This document shows positions 13,102 to 24,748 of a stretch of DNA of 46,389 nt, one piece after another. The position numbers were made by a program, and so were the translations under genes. Location: assembly GCA_040143965.1 (NCBI GenBank), contig JASJQH010000023.1, positions 1-46,389 of the forward strand, in the 5' to 3' direction. Numbering within the stretch: the stretch's first letter is position 1; every line of letters starts with the position of its first letter. This stretch comes from Basidiobolus ranarum. Taxonomy: Eukaryota. Under the pieces are notes generated by a model. The model was not told the DNA's origin. It saw only the letters and a list, made by a program, of their open reading frames with translations, and searched no databases.

Positions 13102-15034
13102 CTATAGAAGTTGACGGCTTAATTGTTCTTTCTCAATTGCTAATTCAAGCGCTCTCAAACATTCTGTTAAGTTGCTAGATTCATTCTTACACGCAATACA
13201 TATATTAGTGAGTGATGCGGACACGAATACCAAATCAAAACCTTACTTGGAGGAAGAACGCATGGGCTAAGAAAGGTAGTTTTCTTAAAGATCGACCGCT
13301 CAAACCCTATGTGCAAATGAAGCGAGATGTTTAAAAAATCAATTACTTGTTCTATTCAAGGTTAGGGTGTACCTGGCATTGTTGTGCTATATTATACAGT
13401 TTATAGCTGGCACCAGGAGTTTTCCCCGTAGATAAGTAAAATTCAACGCCGCGCCAATCCATTAATTGTTCCTAGTAATACACATAGTAAGCACCATAAT
13501 TATGTTGATTTTTATAGGCCAACAAACCGTAGAAGATACAATATTTGCTCTAATGAGTTCTTTTAGGCAAGAAGAGAGAATATTGTATATAGCCTTGTGT
13601 GAAGGGAGACCAATGAATTGTTTGATATCGGCTCGATCCACAAATGCCAAATCTAATCAAATAGTTATATTATCTTTCTAACCACAAGCTTGATGAGAAA
13701 ATACTTACCAATAGCTTCAGTTATGTTGGTAGTAGTCAATATGATTACGTTCTTTCTTCTTTTCAACTTATCGATTTGAGTTAGTACCGCGTTTACTACC
13801 TAAAAGTGTGTATGGTAAGAATCCTGCCAAAGATTAAAGCAACAACTTCCATACATACTCTTAGAGCATCTGAAGGCTCAGAGCCCGACATTGCTCCTCG
13901 TCGCGCGGCCGTTAAACTTTCTACCTCATCTAGATCGAAGTAATATTTATATACGTGTTGCGTACAGTTTCTGTAAAAATAATTTACCTATTAGAACACA
14001 CACAAAAGACTCTTCATCTTCTACCAGCTCTTCGATTTGTTGAAAAACCTTCATTACTAATTTTCCAGACTCTGAAAACCATTTGGAAAAGAGGCTGTGG
14101 CTGTTAATCTCTATAAGACGGCCATAGGAATACCTGATTACATAATGACCTTATTTAATCTTTCGTCCGAGATATATACATGGTTTTGAGAATATACCTA
14201 TGTGCAAGTCTGATTGCTAATTTCTGAGCAAGGGCTTTACAAAGGGAGGTTTTGCCTGTGCCTGGTGGCCCATGTAATAATATTATTCTTGGAACGACGT
14301 TAGAACACATATCAACGTATAGTAATCACTCGTACACAGCTCCCTTACCGGTTCCACGTTATGATATTTGCATCCACATTTCGGTCTGAAAAGAGCATTG
14401 TTGTGTGAATATAATTCAAAAGATTGTTTTGAATGTTTTCGTCAAAGACTAAGCTAGATATGATACGATTTAGTTTCAATCTATGGTGACAAAAATCTCG
14501 GTATTACTTCTCCCATAATCCATCTAAACAACGTGCTGGTAGCACCAAATGATTTGAAACTGGTATGTTTTCATCTTCGTTCATTTCCTCAACGCCTTCT
14601 TCTTCGTTAAGTTGGTAGATATGAAACTCTATGGTAACTTTGTCTATTTCATAAACTTGATATTCGACACCTGTAGTAGTTTTTAGTTTTAAACTTAATC
14701 GAATACGCTTTACGAAATAAATAACCTATAGAAGCCTCCCCAATCTTTATGGACTCGACATGTTCACTTAAAAAAGGATCATCTGTAAAATCCTGAATCT
14801 GAGATTGAGTAACCAAGAAGCGTTTATTACGTTCAAGGTAGAACCTGAGTTTTTCTTCTACCAAAGAGAATCGATGGGGACTCTCTGTTTTCAAACAGCA
14901 TTCAACTAAGCCGTAAAATATAGTTTTAATGGCACGAAATGATTTAAAGTATATAACTAAGAGGGAAAGTACACACCGTGAATGACAGGTTTCGTTGATG
15001 TATTGTCTACAGGGTTGTCGCTTGGTTGTTGCAT
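13102..15034 (-). CDS. PCH2: Pachytene checkpoint AAA+ ATPase Pch2/TRIP13, about 12 exons
   Basis: Walker [39 protein letters not shown], Walker [29 protein letters not shown] and [13 protein letters not shown], all read across GT-AG introns. Start codon inferred. Confidence 0.93.
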
Positions 15035-15776
15035 TACGTCTAGACCAGTGCTTTTTAAGACTATTGTACAAAACAAATGGACTTGGTTTGAATATTCAAA
15101 TTTCACTTAGCATACATCAATAAAATAGTCTCATCCAATCCAGTCTGGTTAAGAGTGTTTATCAAATGTAAGCCAACAAATACATTTGGATTAAATTATG
15201 AGGTTTCGATAAGAGTGATCCAACTATCGCTCTGTTGCAATATAAATCATGTATTTAGCGTTAACAAACGTGGATACGTGTTGGCTTGATAGCGCAGCGC
15301 GGATACGAAAAATCTACAGACATTACAGTAAAACGTGTGGCACAGGGTAGTTGTACTACAAAGTATACACGCACCTAGAGTGATAAGCCTCTTTCATCCG
15401 TTGTAAATGCCGAGTCCAGGTATACAAGACCGTAGCCATGCTTAGTGGAGAATCATTTAGAGTTAGATACTGCAAAGGCCCAGACACAGTTACCAGTTTC
15501 TTGGGTTGACAAGAAATCCTTACGGAAGTCAAGACTCAACTAGTTCTCACACTACTGATTCTTGGACGGTATCTAAGATCCTATGCATGGCAAACAGGAA
15601 GCAGTCCCTCGGTCTTTTCAAACGATGGAGTGTCTAGATGGCTGCAATGTAGTTTGTACTACTCCGGCAAAAGTAAAAAATTGCTAAATCACATCAGTGA
15701 TTGATGATGTATAAAAGGCACAAGCTCTTCGTCTCAGATATTACAAACCATTTCATATAACCAACGACTCTTCTCT

Positions 15777-16187
15777 ATGAGGACACTCTCCCGTGCGGCT
15801 ACCCGCTCATTCAATTCTCTTCGTAGTGTTTTTCTTGCTTCAAGCAAAGAGGGACAAACTGTTGATGCTACCAAAGATAATTTTCAAGAAATCTTACAGC
15901 AGTACAAACATTCAGTTGTGTTAGTGTACTTTTATGCCGACTGGTGCGGGCCATGCCGAATGGTGAGTCCTGTCCTTAAGAGGGCAATGAAAGATGTGGA
16001 GAACGTAGTCTTAGTCAAACTTAATGTAGATAACGCACAGGAAATTGCGGCCAGCTTTGACATCAACAATTTACCTACCATAATCACAATAAACGACAAC
16101 CAAGTGGTAGGCCGTTTAATGGGAATGAAAGACGAACGCACAATTCGGGAGTTCATTGACAGAGCCTCCAAGCTCTCTTGCAATTAA
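15777..16187 (+). CDS. Thioredoxin, probably mitochondrial
   Basis: FYADWCGPC active site. Arg/Ser-rich, acid-free N-terminus (MRTLSRAATRSFNSLRS) resembles a mitochondrial presequence. TATAAAA near 15710. Confidence 0.9.
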   Translation: MRTLSRAATRSFNSLRSVFLASSKEGQTVDATKDNFQEILQQYKHSVVLVYFYADWCGPCRMVSPVLKRAMKDVENVVLVKLNVDNAQEIAASFDINNLPTIITINDNQVVGRLMGMKDERTIREFIDRASKLSCN

Positions 16188-16570
16188 AGCCTTCATCTGA
16201 CGATGTAAATATTCAGGTTGTTACATCTATGATTGTTATACGGTTATGGAGGCATCCCAATTCGATGTTTGTTTTAAATATATGCTAGTTTCCGTTCTAA
16301 ATAAGCCCTCTCCAAGTCACAAATTCATGTAAATCTTGATTATTTCTCATCTATATTTAGCTGATCATGTTGTCTATCTTCCAATAAATCCATTATTTCC
16401 AATTAAAACCTTGGGACGTTGGATTATTTATATCCATTTTGGAATCCTTTGATGTCATTACTGCATGATTGGTAGGATGTTGTCATTTGTATGCATACAT
16501 GCCCATTCCTTATTAACAAATATCGAAGCTTGAAGCTAAAAATTCTCGCCTTTGTGAGTTTGAACATACA

Positions 16571-18546
16571 ATGTCACAGTTGGATATTGCAAATAACCAT
16601 GTAGGCCCGGAATGGCCAATTTATTTTGCTAATAATTGGGAGGAAGCGGACCGGTTTGCCGTGGCTGCTTTAATGCTAATTCCTATCGAGAGACTTGGAG
16701 AAGAAGATTCAGTATGGGTTTCACGTTTTCGAGAGAGCGTATTCCATCATTTCGCCATAATAGATGCAGCAGGTAGTTCTTATATCATTTGAGTGCTAAT
16801 TTTGCCTGTTTCGCAGACAAATTCAACGTAGAAATATTTAAAATATAGCTGATAGTCACTGATGAACATCCATTTTATTCATTGGTTAGAGCAACAGGCC
16901 ATCTTGGATGTAGTTTCTCGGGAAAAAGAAGAAAGCGACACTTTTGTTTTTGACACTATAGCTAGTTCACTTGTACCTGACGAACAGTTTAGTAGCAAAT
17001 CTAAAAGAGATATACGGCAGGAAATATTATCCGACTTTCTCATGATTTGTCTTGGATTATTTGATACGCACAAAGACTCTGAGAAAACAAACCAGAAGAA
17101 AAGTCACGATATTCATGAGAATAAAGTCGGAGAATATGATGCACGTTCACGTACGGCAATATTTTCCACTGCTAAACTATTGAAATTACCGGTGGAGGAT
17201 ATTCATTCCATAGAAAAACGAGTATCTCAAGAACTTTATTTCATCAAGTTGTCGGAGCAAGAAGAGGATAACACAATGGATGAAACCACCAAGACCACTA
17301 TTGCGTCACATTCTAGTAAAAATAAGAAGTGGAGATGGATTGCAACTGGTGTATCTGCTGTAGTAGGTGCAACAGCAATTGGTCTTACGGGAGGTTTGGC
17401 GGCCCCGTTTGTTGCTGCTGGGATTAGCGCACTGGGCTTGGGAAGTGCGGCATTTCTCGCCTCTACTGCTGGTGTGGCCGTGATCACTTCACTTTTCGGA
17501 ATTGCTGGAGGTGGACTAGCTGGTTTGTGACAAAATAATTTACGCTGTTGGTTTTACAGACACTGACGACTCATCTCTTTCTTAATAGGGTTTAAGGTTA
17601 CTAAGAGAATGCGTAACTTACGAGAATTCTATTTCAAGCCTATTGAAATGATAGATCCGTCACTGCCTTCTATTCCTTCCCTGAGTGCAACCATTGTAGT
17701 ATCCGGCTATCTCAGAACACTCGATGACGCTGTTTTGCCTTGGAAGCAAGCTTTTATGAATACTCAATCACATCGAGATATATTTAGTTTGGTGTTTGAA
17801 TCGGGTGAGCTCTTGGCTTTGGGAAGCGCATTTGATATGTTTCTTGCTACTGAAGCAGCCAAATTCACTGCAACAGAAACCTTAAAAAGAACAGCCATGG
17901 CTTCATTAATGGCATCAGTGGCACTTCCTATGTCTCTGTTGAAGGCTGGTGATTTGATTGACAATCCGTGGATATTAGGAATAGATAGGGCAAAGAAGGC
18001 TGGCCTTGTCTTAGCAGATGTTCTTATTGAACGGATCCAGGGAAACCGACCAGCTTCACTAGTAAGTCTTCCAAGTCAAAAAGAGACAATTTAAATTTCT
18101 GAACTTACATGTTTACAGATAGGCTTTTCACTTGGCGCGTTGGTTATTTTCGAATGCCTTCTTGAGCTGGCTAACCGCAAGAAGTATGGTCTAGTTGATG
18201 AAGGTAATTACATGTTGCATGAAAACCAAAAACTTGACCAAGTACATCGAAGTAATCCTCTTTGAGCTTAGTGATCTTATTAGGTGCGCCAATTAACATT
18301 GATCTCAAGCGTTGGACGGCTGCCTCCAGTGTTGTCTCACGTCGGTTTGTTAATGGATATTCTACTAAAGATTGGGTTCTTGGATTCCTATTCCGTATTC
18401 ATAATCTCAACTTGAATGCTGCTGGCTTAGAGTCGGTCAATATTCCTGGGGTAGAATCAATGGATTTAACTGAACTGGTCAATGGACATAATGGATATTT
18501 GGATAATTTAGAAGCAATTCTGAAATATGTAGGAACCGATAGTTAA
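16571..18546 (+). CDS. DUF726/TMCO4 (Mil1-like) membrane alpha/beta-hydrolase-like protein, 5 exons
   Basis: YDARSR, GLTGGLAAP, IDNPW...DRAKKAGLVLADVL...GNRP, the IGFSLGA nucleophile motif and RFVNGYS-x-x-DWVL. GT-AG introns link the four track ORFs plus a short exon near 18119-18203. Confidence 0.88.
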
Positions 18547-19183
18547 CAACCAATCGAAAATCCCTCTCCTCACTTGACTAAACCTATACACTTTTGCGAA
18601 TTGATGCACAAAACTTCATCAAGAACTGTCACATTGTATTTGTAATCATCAACCAGGACATATCTCATGATGGTCTGAATAAGAAAACCTCGTGTAGCGA
18701 GATAAGATCAATATGTACCCAAATGTGATTTTTATGGGCATAAAAAATGAAGATATTGATATAAACTTCAAATCCATTTCGAGATGGCGTACAAGCATTC
18801 AAAATCACGTTACATGTGATCTGAGTAATCCAAGTACTGAAAGAGTGCACATGTTTGAAATTTCATTATGAGAAATAGTGAATTATAAATAGTCGAGTAT
18901 ACCTAGTAATGTGGGTGGAATAAACAATGTCGTTACAGGAGGGGAGCGGTGTAGATGAGCAGGGGATCTAGAAATACACTTCCGTTGGTTGAAGAAGGTC
19001 ATGTTTAGGGGAGGGAATAGTTGGAGATATTACTAAAATTCAGGTCCATTATCTGAAGTCGATTATCTGAATCTAGTAATACTAGGTAAGCCAAGAATGT
19101 TCAACAAGAAAGAATTAATTAAATATTAGATGATCCAAGAATTCAATGAAAAGAATCGGTATAATTGAGTTTTCGGTGGGGTT

Positions 19184-20902
19184 TTAGTGAATAATGACGT
19201 TCTTCTTGTATCCTTGATTCTGGAAAAGGTCGTCTGGTAGGGACATGCCTACATGGCATTCTTTGAAGCTGATTCTTACTCCAATTACTGGGTGTAATGG
19301 AATGTTGATTTTCACAGGAAATCCTGGAGTGGGATCCTTCTTGCGTGATTCATTCCAGAGACTACCAAACCCTGCCCAATCCAATATGCCTCCACTGAAA
19401 AGATGCTCGAATATAGGAGAAAATTGATCGAAGGATAGAGGGAATCCAGAGGCACCATTACTTAGATTCTTACTCTTCGTGTTCCCGGTAACAGTAGGTG
19501 CCCACTTGATTTTAATCGGCTCTTTGAGCTCGAATTTGATGTATTGGGTGACCGTTTCAGCCTTGTTGAAGCAAACGTTGTTTTTAATGTTTCCACTGAA
19601 ATAATCTTCATAACTGTCTGTTACTGACATCTTCACCAATTCAGCCTGAATATTGGCCTCCTCTTGACAATTTTTGTATCCATTTCCTTTACCATTGGAT
19701 GGGGCATTGCTACCATCATCATCTGAATCAGAATCTGATTCAGAGTCCGAGCCGTTTCCGCTCTTACTGTTAGCCTTCGGGATATCGTTGCCATTAGTTA
19801 GCATGCTTTCCAACCCACTAAAGCCCAGGGCTTTCAACTTCTTAATCAAAGCATTAGAGGCAACTCCGCCATTTCCATTAGCCCACACACGTTCCTCCAG
19901 TTCCCGAACAAGGATAGAGATAGAAGCATTTTTGATTTTATAAGTAGTAGCTCCTGTTTTTCTCTTCATAAGCATACTCAAGCCTTTCTTTTTCTTCTCA
20001 CTCTTTTCCTTGATCTCCATATCACGCAAGGGAATCCAATATTTCACCATGGGAGCTCTGAGACAAGTTGACACTGCACTTTCCAACAAAGCTTCAGGAT
20101 AGAATTCTGGATAGAGTTCCTGCACCCACTCACGTTCGTGGTCGAGCAAAAAGACTGCAGGTGGGACAGGGAATGCCTGAGGAATATTAGGATCATCAAC
20201 ACGGATGACCAAACTAAATCTTTGCATATCATTCTTTTTAAGATATTGACGACGTTTGTTAATGATTTCAGCACTTCTATCGTCTTTTTTGTCAAACCCT
20301 CCGAACATTCCTAAGGAAGTCTCACCAAAGTCCAGACGGAAGTAAGAAGACTTCTTACGAATACGAATGGCGTCTCTAGGTAGTGCATGCCGTGCCAAAG
20401 TATTGGAGAGACGACTGGTGAATTTCCAATGTAATGTCATATCGGCATTTTCATGGAATTTCTGGTTCAACCTAGCTAATGGCCCACCCTCTGGCGAGAT
20501 ATTGGGGTTGGCCGTGGTTTCGTTAGCCATTGGGCCAGTCCTAGGAGTTGGTGATTGTCTGAAGGGTGGCGCACACCAATCACGAACATGCTGGTCAATG
20601 GACTTTTGTAACACCTTTCGAACAAGATCCCTATCCTCCAATGCACAAGCTTCATCCAGTGAAGTCCAGGAGGGTGGCTCATTGCCATTCTTTTTCAACC
20701 CGAGGCACTCGGCACCACGGCTCAATAAGATGTTGGCAATTCTCACACGGCCGAGAATAAGGGCTAACTGTAAGGGAGTATTTCCACGATGGTCTCTCTC
20801 ATTAATTTGATTGTAGAGTGGTCCACCGAGAGCAGCCTCGACTGCTTTATCGTCACCTTGAAAGACATATCTATGAAGTGGATAAGTAAGATGCATGATC
20901 AC
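19184..20902 (-). CDS. Ankyrin-repeat protein, ANKRD13-like (divergent GPCR-chaperone domain), intronless; Met 3 (20896) may be the true start
   Basis: YPLHRYVF, DHRGNTPLQLA and WTSLDEA ankyrin repeats; TLHWKFTS...LPRDAIRIRKKSSYFRLD; FPLSFDQFSPIFE; PGFPVKINIPL. This layout matches ANKRD13. Confidence 0.8.
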   Translation of the reverse strand: MIMHLTYPLHRYVFQGDDKAVEAALGGPLYNQINERDHRGNTPLQLALILGRVRIANILLSRGAECLGLKKNGNEPPSWTSLDEACALEDRDLVRKVLQKSIDQHVRDWCAPPFRQSPTPRTGPMANETTANPNISPEGGPLARLNQKFHENADMTLHWKFTSRLSNTLARHALPRDAIRIRKKSSYFRLDFGETSLGMFGGFDKKDDRSAEIINKRRQYLKKNDMQRFSLVIRVDDPNIPQAFPVPPAVFLLDHEREWVQELYPEFYPEALLESAVSTCLRAPMVKYWIPLRDMEIKEKSEKKKKGLSMLMKRKTGATTYKIKNASISILVRELEERVWANGNGGVASNALIKKLKALGFSGLESMLTNGNDIPKANSKSGNGSDSESDSDSDDDGSNAPSNGKGNGYKNCQEEANIQAELVKMSVTDSYEDYFSGNIKNNVCFNKAETVTQYIKFELKEPIKIKWAPTVTGNTKSKNLSNGASGFPLSFDQFSPIFEHLFSGGILDWAGFGSLWNESRKKDPTPGFPVKINIPLHPVIGVRISFKECHVGMSLPDDLFQNQGYKKNVIIH

Positions 20903-21456
20903 AACTAAATTCGATGGTTAAAGCTGACTAAAAGCCTAGATGGCTAGTAAGAGTTTCTTTGATTTAATGGTTTAGAGGGGAGGGGGGAGATTAGAAATAA
21001 CAAGGACTTCTCAAGCACGTTCGTAGTAATGATCTGATTTGAGCGGAAATGGAACTGGCTTTGGATATTTATATCACTTCTTCGAGTTATCTTAATCAAT
21101 GCCATAAGGAATAGGGGGAAGTACAAGCAAGGAGACACAAGAGTATTTTAGGGATTTACTCGAAATGTGATCCAGGGATAATTTAGGTGCAAGTTTATTC
21201 GTTAAAATAGAAGAATTAAATTCGCCTTCTCAGCGAAATCCACTGAGTCATTCGTGGTTGATATTTGACTGTAACGTAGGACATAAAAGGGGACCTAAAC
21301 AACCAGGACAGAGCCATGTACACTCAGGTAACATTAGTATGGCATTCACATAGCCTCGGTTTTGGATATAGAGTCACTCTTTTGAGGTTAGATTGATTGC
21401 ATAAAGGAAGCCTGCCCCTGGATAGTACGGTATATCTAACATGAGATTCTGGTTAA

Positions 21457-21529
21457 ATTCTTCATTATTTCCTAGAACCAGCGACAATCAATATTCCTTC
21501 ATTGTTTCCGAGAACCAGCGGCAATCAAC
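21457..21529. repeat. Diverged two-copy tandem duplication, ~36-37 bp unit
   Basis: attc-ttcattatttcctagaaccagcgacaatcaa followed directly by attccttcattgtttccgagaaccagcggcaatcaa. Confidence 0.8.
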
Positions 21530-21848
21530 TTGGATCATTCAACACCCTCTATTAACACCCTCCATTCTGGTGTCACCAATCACGTCAATCGTGGTGAAAT
21601 CGACCAAGGCCTGAGAACATGGCCTTTACACACCCTTTCTCAGAGAACTTTCGTTCAATGGCAGTATATGTACACATACACATAAATAATATCTACAATG
21701 ATGTCTACACTTAAATAATATCTACAATGCTTGTGTATTCTCTCCACATTCGATGGTTCGATGGATGAAGATAGATATGAGCGAGTTACGATAGTGTGTT
21801 GGATGCCACTTTCCTTATCCGGTGAATTGTTCGAGTTAAGGTAAGAGG

Positions 21849-22623
21849 CTAGGGTTAGGGTTAGGACATTGTATCAATTGAATCGGTCAAGAATCAAACT
21901 TCATGAGGCGCCCGGTTTAGGGAGGCTAAAACGTGTAGAAATCCAGGTTACAGAGGGAGGAAATTAGATGAATATTCTGTACGTTGGAGTGATGGAACTT
22001 GCTAGTATTTCAGCCTAGTTGTTTGACCTAGCATTTAGGCTCAAAGTGTGAATTCATCAAACCACTCTTCGCTATGCAGCCTGTGCTTTGGGATACATTA
22101 ATTAAGGAGAAAATCAGTGGAGTCACGTTATGCTTATGGAGTCATCGCAATTTAGGTTGAGTGCTTAGCCTCTCAATGACTGTTTCTTACTCCGCTCATA
22201 AAGAATGGTTTCAATTTAGCATTTATATATCTAGCGAACACCGGTTAGAGTTAGGTAAGTTATGCATGCAACCATCTATAACCAGATACATTCAATCCAC
22301 CTAGCATAGCAAACACTAATCATTGAATATACAGCATAGCAAACACTGTAACAAACGCGCTAGTTATTTATGGAGACAAATATATATTGAAATCAAGATC
22401 CCCGTTAACCATATTCGTATCATTATGCGGCATCTATTAAATATTTGTACAGAACTCATTAACCCTAAATATACTCTAAACTAACTCGCTGCTTATATAT
22501 ATGCTCTAAACTAACACCACCTTTAATCTATTTGCTCATCCAATACTTGTACGCATATATTTAGTCATTGCAAAGCTGAGTCAGTTTCAGGTAATGTTGC
22601 CTAAGAGCTAACCCTAACCCTAG
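21849..22623. repeat. Pair of perfectly inverted telomere-like 16-mers bounding ~775 bp
   Basis: CTAGGGTTAGGGTTAG at 21849-21864 and its reverse complement CTAACCCTAACCCTAG at 22608-22623. Confidence 0.7.
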
Positions 22624-22915
22624 ATAGTTACTGCTGACTACCCATTCAACAGTTCCCATCAGCAATTCTCTTTCAGAATTTAATTGACTAATTTGTACTC
22701 AATATATAATCCAATCTTCTCAATGATGATTCTATTAATCTTGCTAGCGTAAATAGAAGTATACAATCTGGCACTATCACAAGTCCATAGATTCTATTCG
22801 TTGCCTACTTCTAATCATGAAGATGGTGACCAATGTCTGACAACGACGTGCAAAATTTTAGTAACTCTCACCATATATGTGCGTAGCGTATTTTAATATG
22901 AGCACCTATAGATAC

Positions 22916-24166
22916 TATAACTCATAAGCTGATTCCCTTTTTTTGCAACTATTTTTCAAATGACAATATCACAGAATGATTCAACTTCATATTTAACCAA
23001 TCTCTGATACTCAAAGAGTGCTTTCACTACTCTTTGTGTTGTTACCTGCACTTGTATTCAATAAATTAGGGCTGCGGTTTTGAGCCCTATATTCCTTTGG
23101 GCAATTCATTTGTTTACTGCTGGCTATATTTCCAACTGCTATATAGGATAAACTTCAAATTCTGATATCGTAGCTTTATTATTAACTATTTCTTTTAAAT
23201 ATAGTGTTGGAATTAGCATTGCCTAAGCACCTATAAAGTCATATATAGCTTAGTATTTAGCTATTCCATATTGAACTAAGATATCACCTCAAGAGAAATC
23301 TACTTAGAAATTCTCAGATATATAGATTTTCAAAGAAGCCCCAAACTTTTCGCACATGTTCCTGGGACCTTCCTTAACACATTATACACGTTTGTATGTT
23401 TACCCACCTATAAATGTCAACTCGATAAATCAATAAGTGAAAACCACCAATTCTTCTAGTTTGAAAACCCACTTTCAACAAACTCCCACCCATTTGATGC
23501 TTGGAAATAGGACCAGTTACATTTGGACATTGCATATGGTCATCTGTCACAACGTAGAGAGCAGAAAAATAGTGACTGATACAAAAATAATTGTAATAGC
23601 CCAAAACCGATGTACTGATAGACTAAACACCAGTGAAGGTAGCATCATACAGAGCAGTGAATTCATCTTTATAACGGGAGAGATTGTTACTTAACTCCGG
23701 TTGGGCTGTGTGTTATATTTGAAGTTGAATCATTCTGTGAATGCAGTGATATTGTCATTTGAAAAATGCTTGTAAAAAGGGAATCACTTATAAGCTATAA
23801 TGTACTTCAAGACATCAATGTTAAAGTATTTGGGAGCCTGTTGGAAGTGGTTGGGAGAATTAGAGGAATTGGTGGTTCTCACTTATTGATTTATTGAGTA
23901 GAAAGTTGACATTTACAGTTTTGTCAAAATGTAAACAAACTAACGTGTATAATGTGTTAAGGAAGGTCCCAGGAACATGTGTGCAAAGTTTGGGGCTTCT
24001 AGCACAAGTTTGAAAAGTCTATATATCTGAGAACTTCTAAGTTGGTGTCAATATTCTAAGTAAATTCCAATTGAGAATAATGGGTAATATCTTAGTTCAA
24101 TATAAGATAACTAAGTACTAAGCTATATATGACTATATAGGTGCTTAGGCAATGCTAATTTCAACA
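22916..24166. repeat. Diverged inverted duplication: arm 23205-23488 vs 23831-24166, and arm 22916-22997 vs 23712-23799
   Basis: Reverse-complement alignment by eye. It includes a perfect 40 bp match (23353-23392 vs 23942-23981) with indels elsewhere. Confidence 0.9.
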
Positions 24167-24621
24167 ATTAAATCCTCAATTTCAGAAAAAGTAGACCTTG
24201 AACATATTTTGAAATGCAATATTGCAGCATTTTTCAACCAACTGATCCTCTGTTCAATTATCAGTTTTAGTTTCTAGCAGACTTTTCCTCCAACTCTATA
24301 TGGGCTCTGTTTTCTGGGAGCTGGAAAATATCATGTTTGTGAATTCTAGCAATTAATTGAGGGTATATATAGTGTTTGCATGAAACGCAGAAAACTATAC
24401 AGGAATATCAGCTAATTCGGATTTTCTCTGGCACCAAATTTGCTGTATATGCTTAAGCTATTTAACCTATTTAAAGAATTCCAGAGCTCTACTAAGAAAT
24501 ACTTAACCAATACTAATTGAATTTAGGACATCTTCCAAAACTATATCATTGAGAGTTGTAAAATAATGTTTAACAGCGGAAAAAGATCTTGACGGCCGAC
24601 TCCACAGTTACTCCTATTGCC

Positions 24622-24748
24622 ATTGAAAGTATCCAAGTAACTATTAGAGAGGCGATAGAATTGAAAGTATCCAAGTAACTATTAGAGAGGCGATAGAATT
24701 GAAAGTATCCAAGTAACTATTAGAGAGGCGATAGAATTGAAAGTATCC
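24622..24748. repeat. Perfect tandem repeat, 38 bp unit x3 plus 13 bp
   Basis: Unit ATTGAAAGTATCCAAGTAACTATTAGAGAGGCGATAGA at 24622, 24660 and 24698, with a partial copy at 24736. Confidence 0.95.

Noticed and set aside
7358..18546. Minor-spliceosome (U12) introns
   Set aside because: The donors I read are ordinary GT sites; none shows the RTATCCTT consensus.
22723..22840. Possible C/D box snoRNA (ATGATGA...CTGA)
   Set aside because: No terminal stem and no rRNA guide that I could recognise; such boxes arise by chance in AT-rich DNA.
24622..24748. CRISPR-like array (38 bp repeats)
   Set aside because: Units are contiguous with no spacers, there are no cas genes, and the context is eukaryotic.
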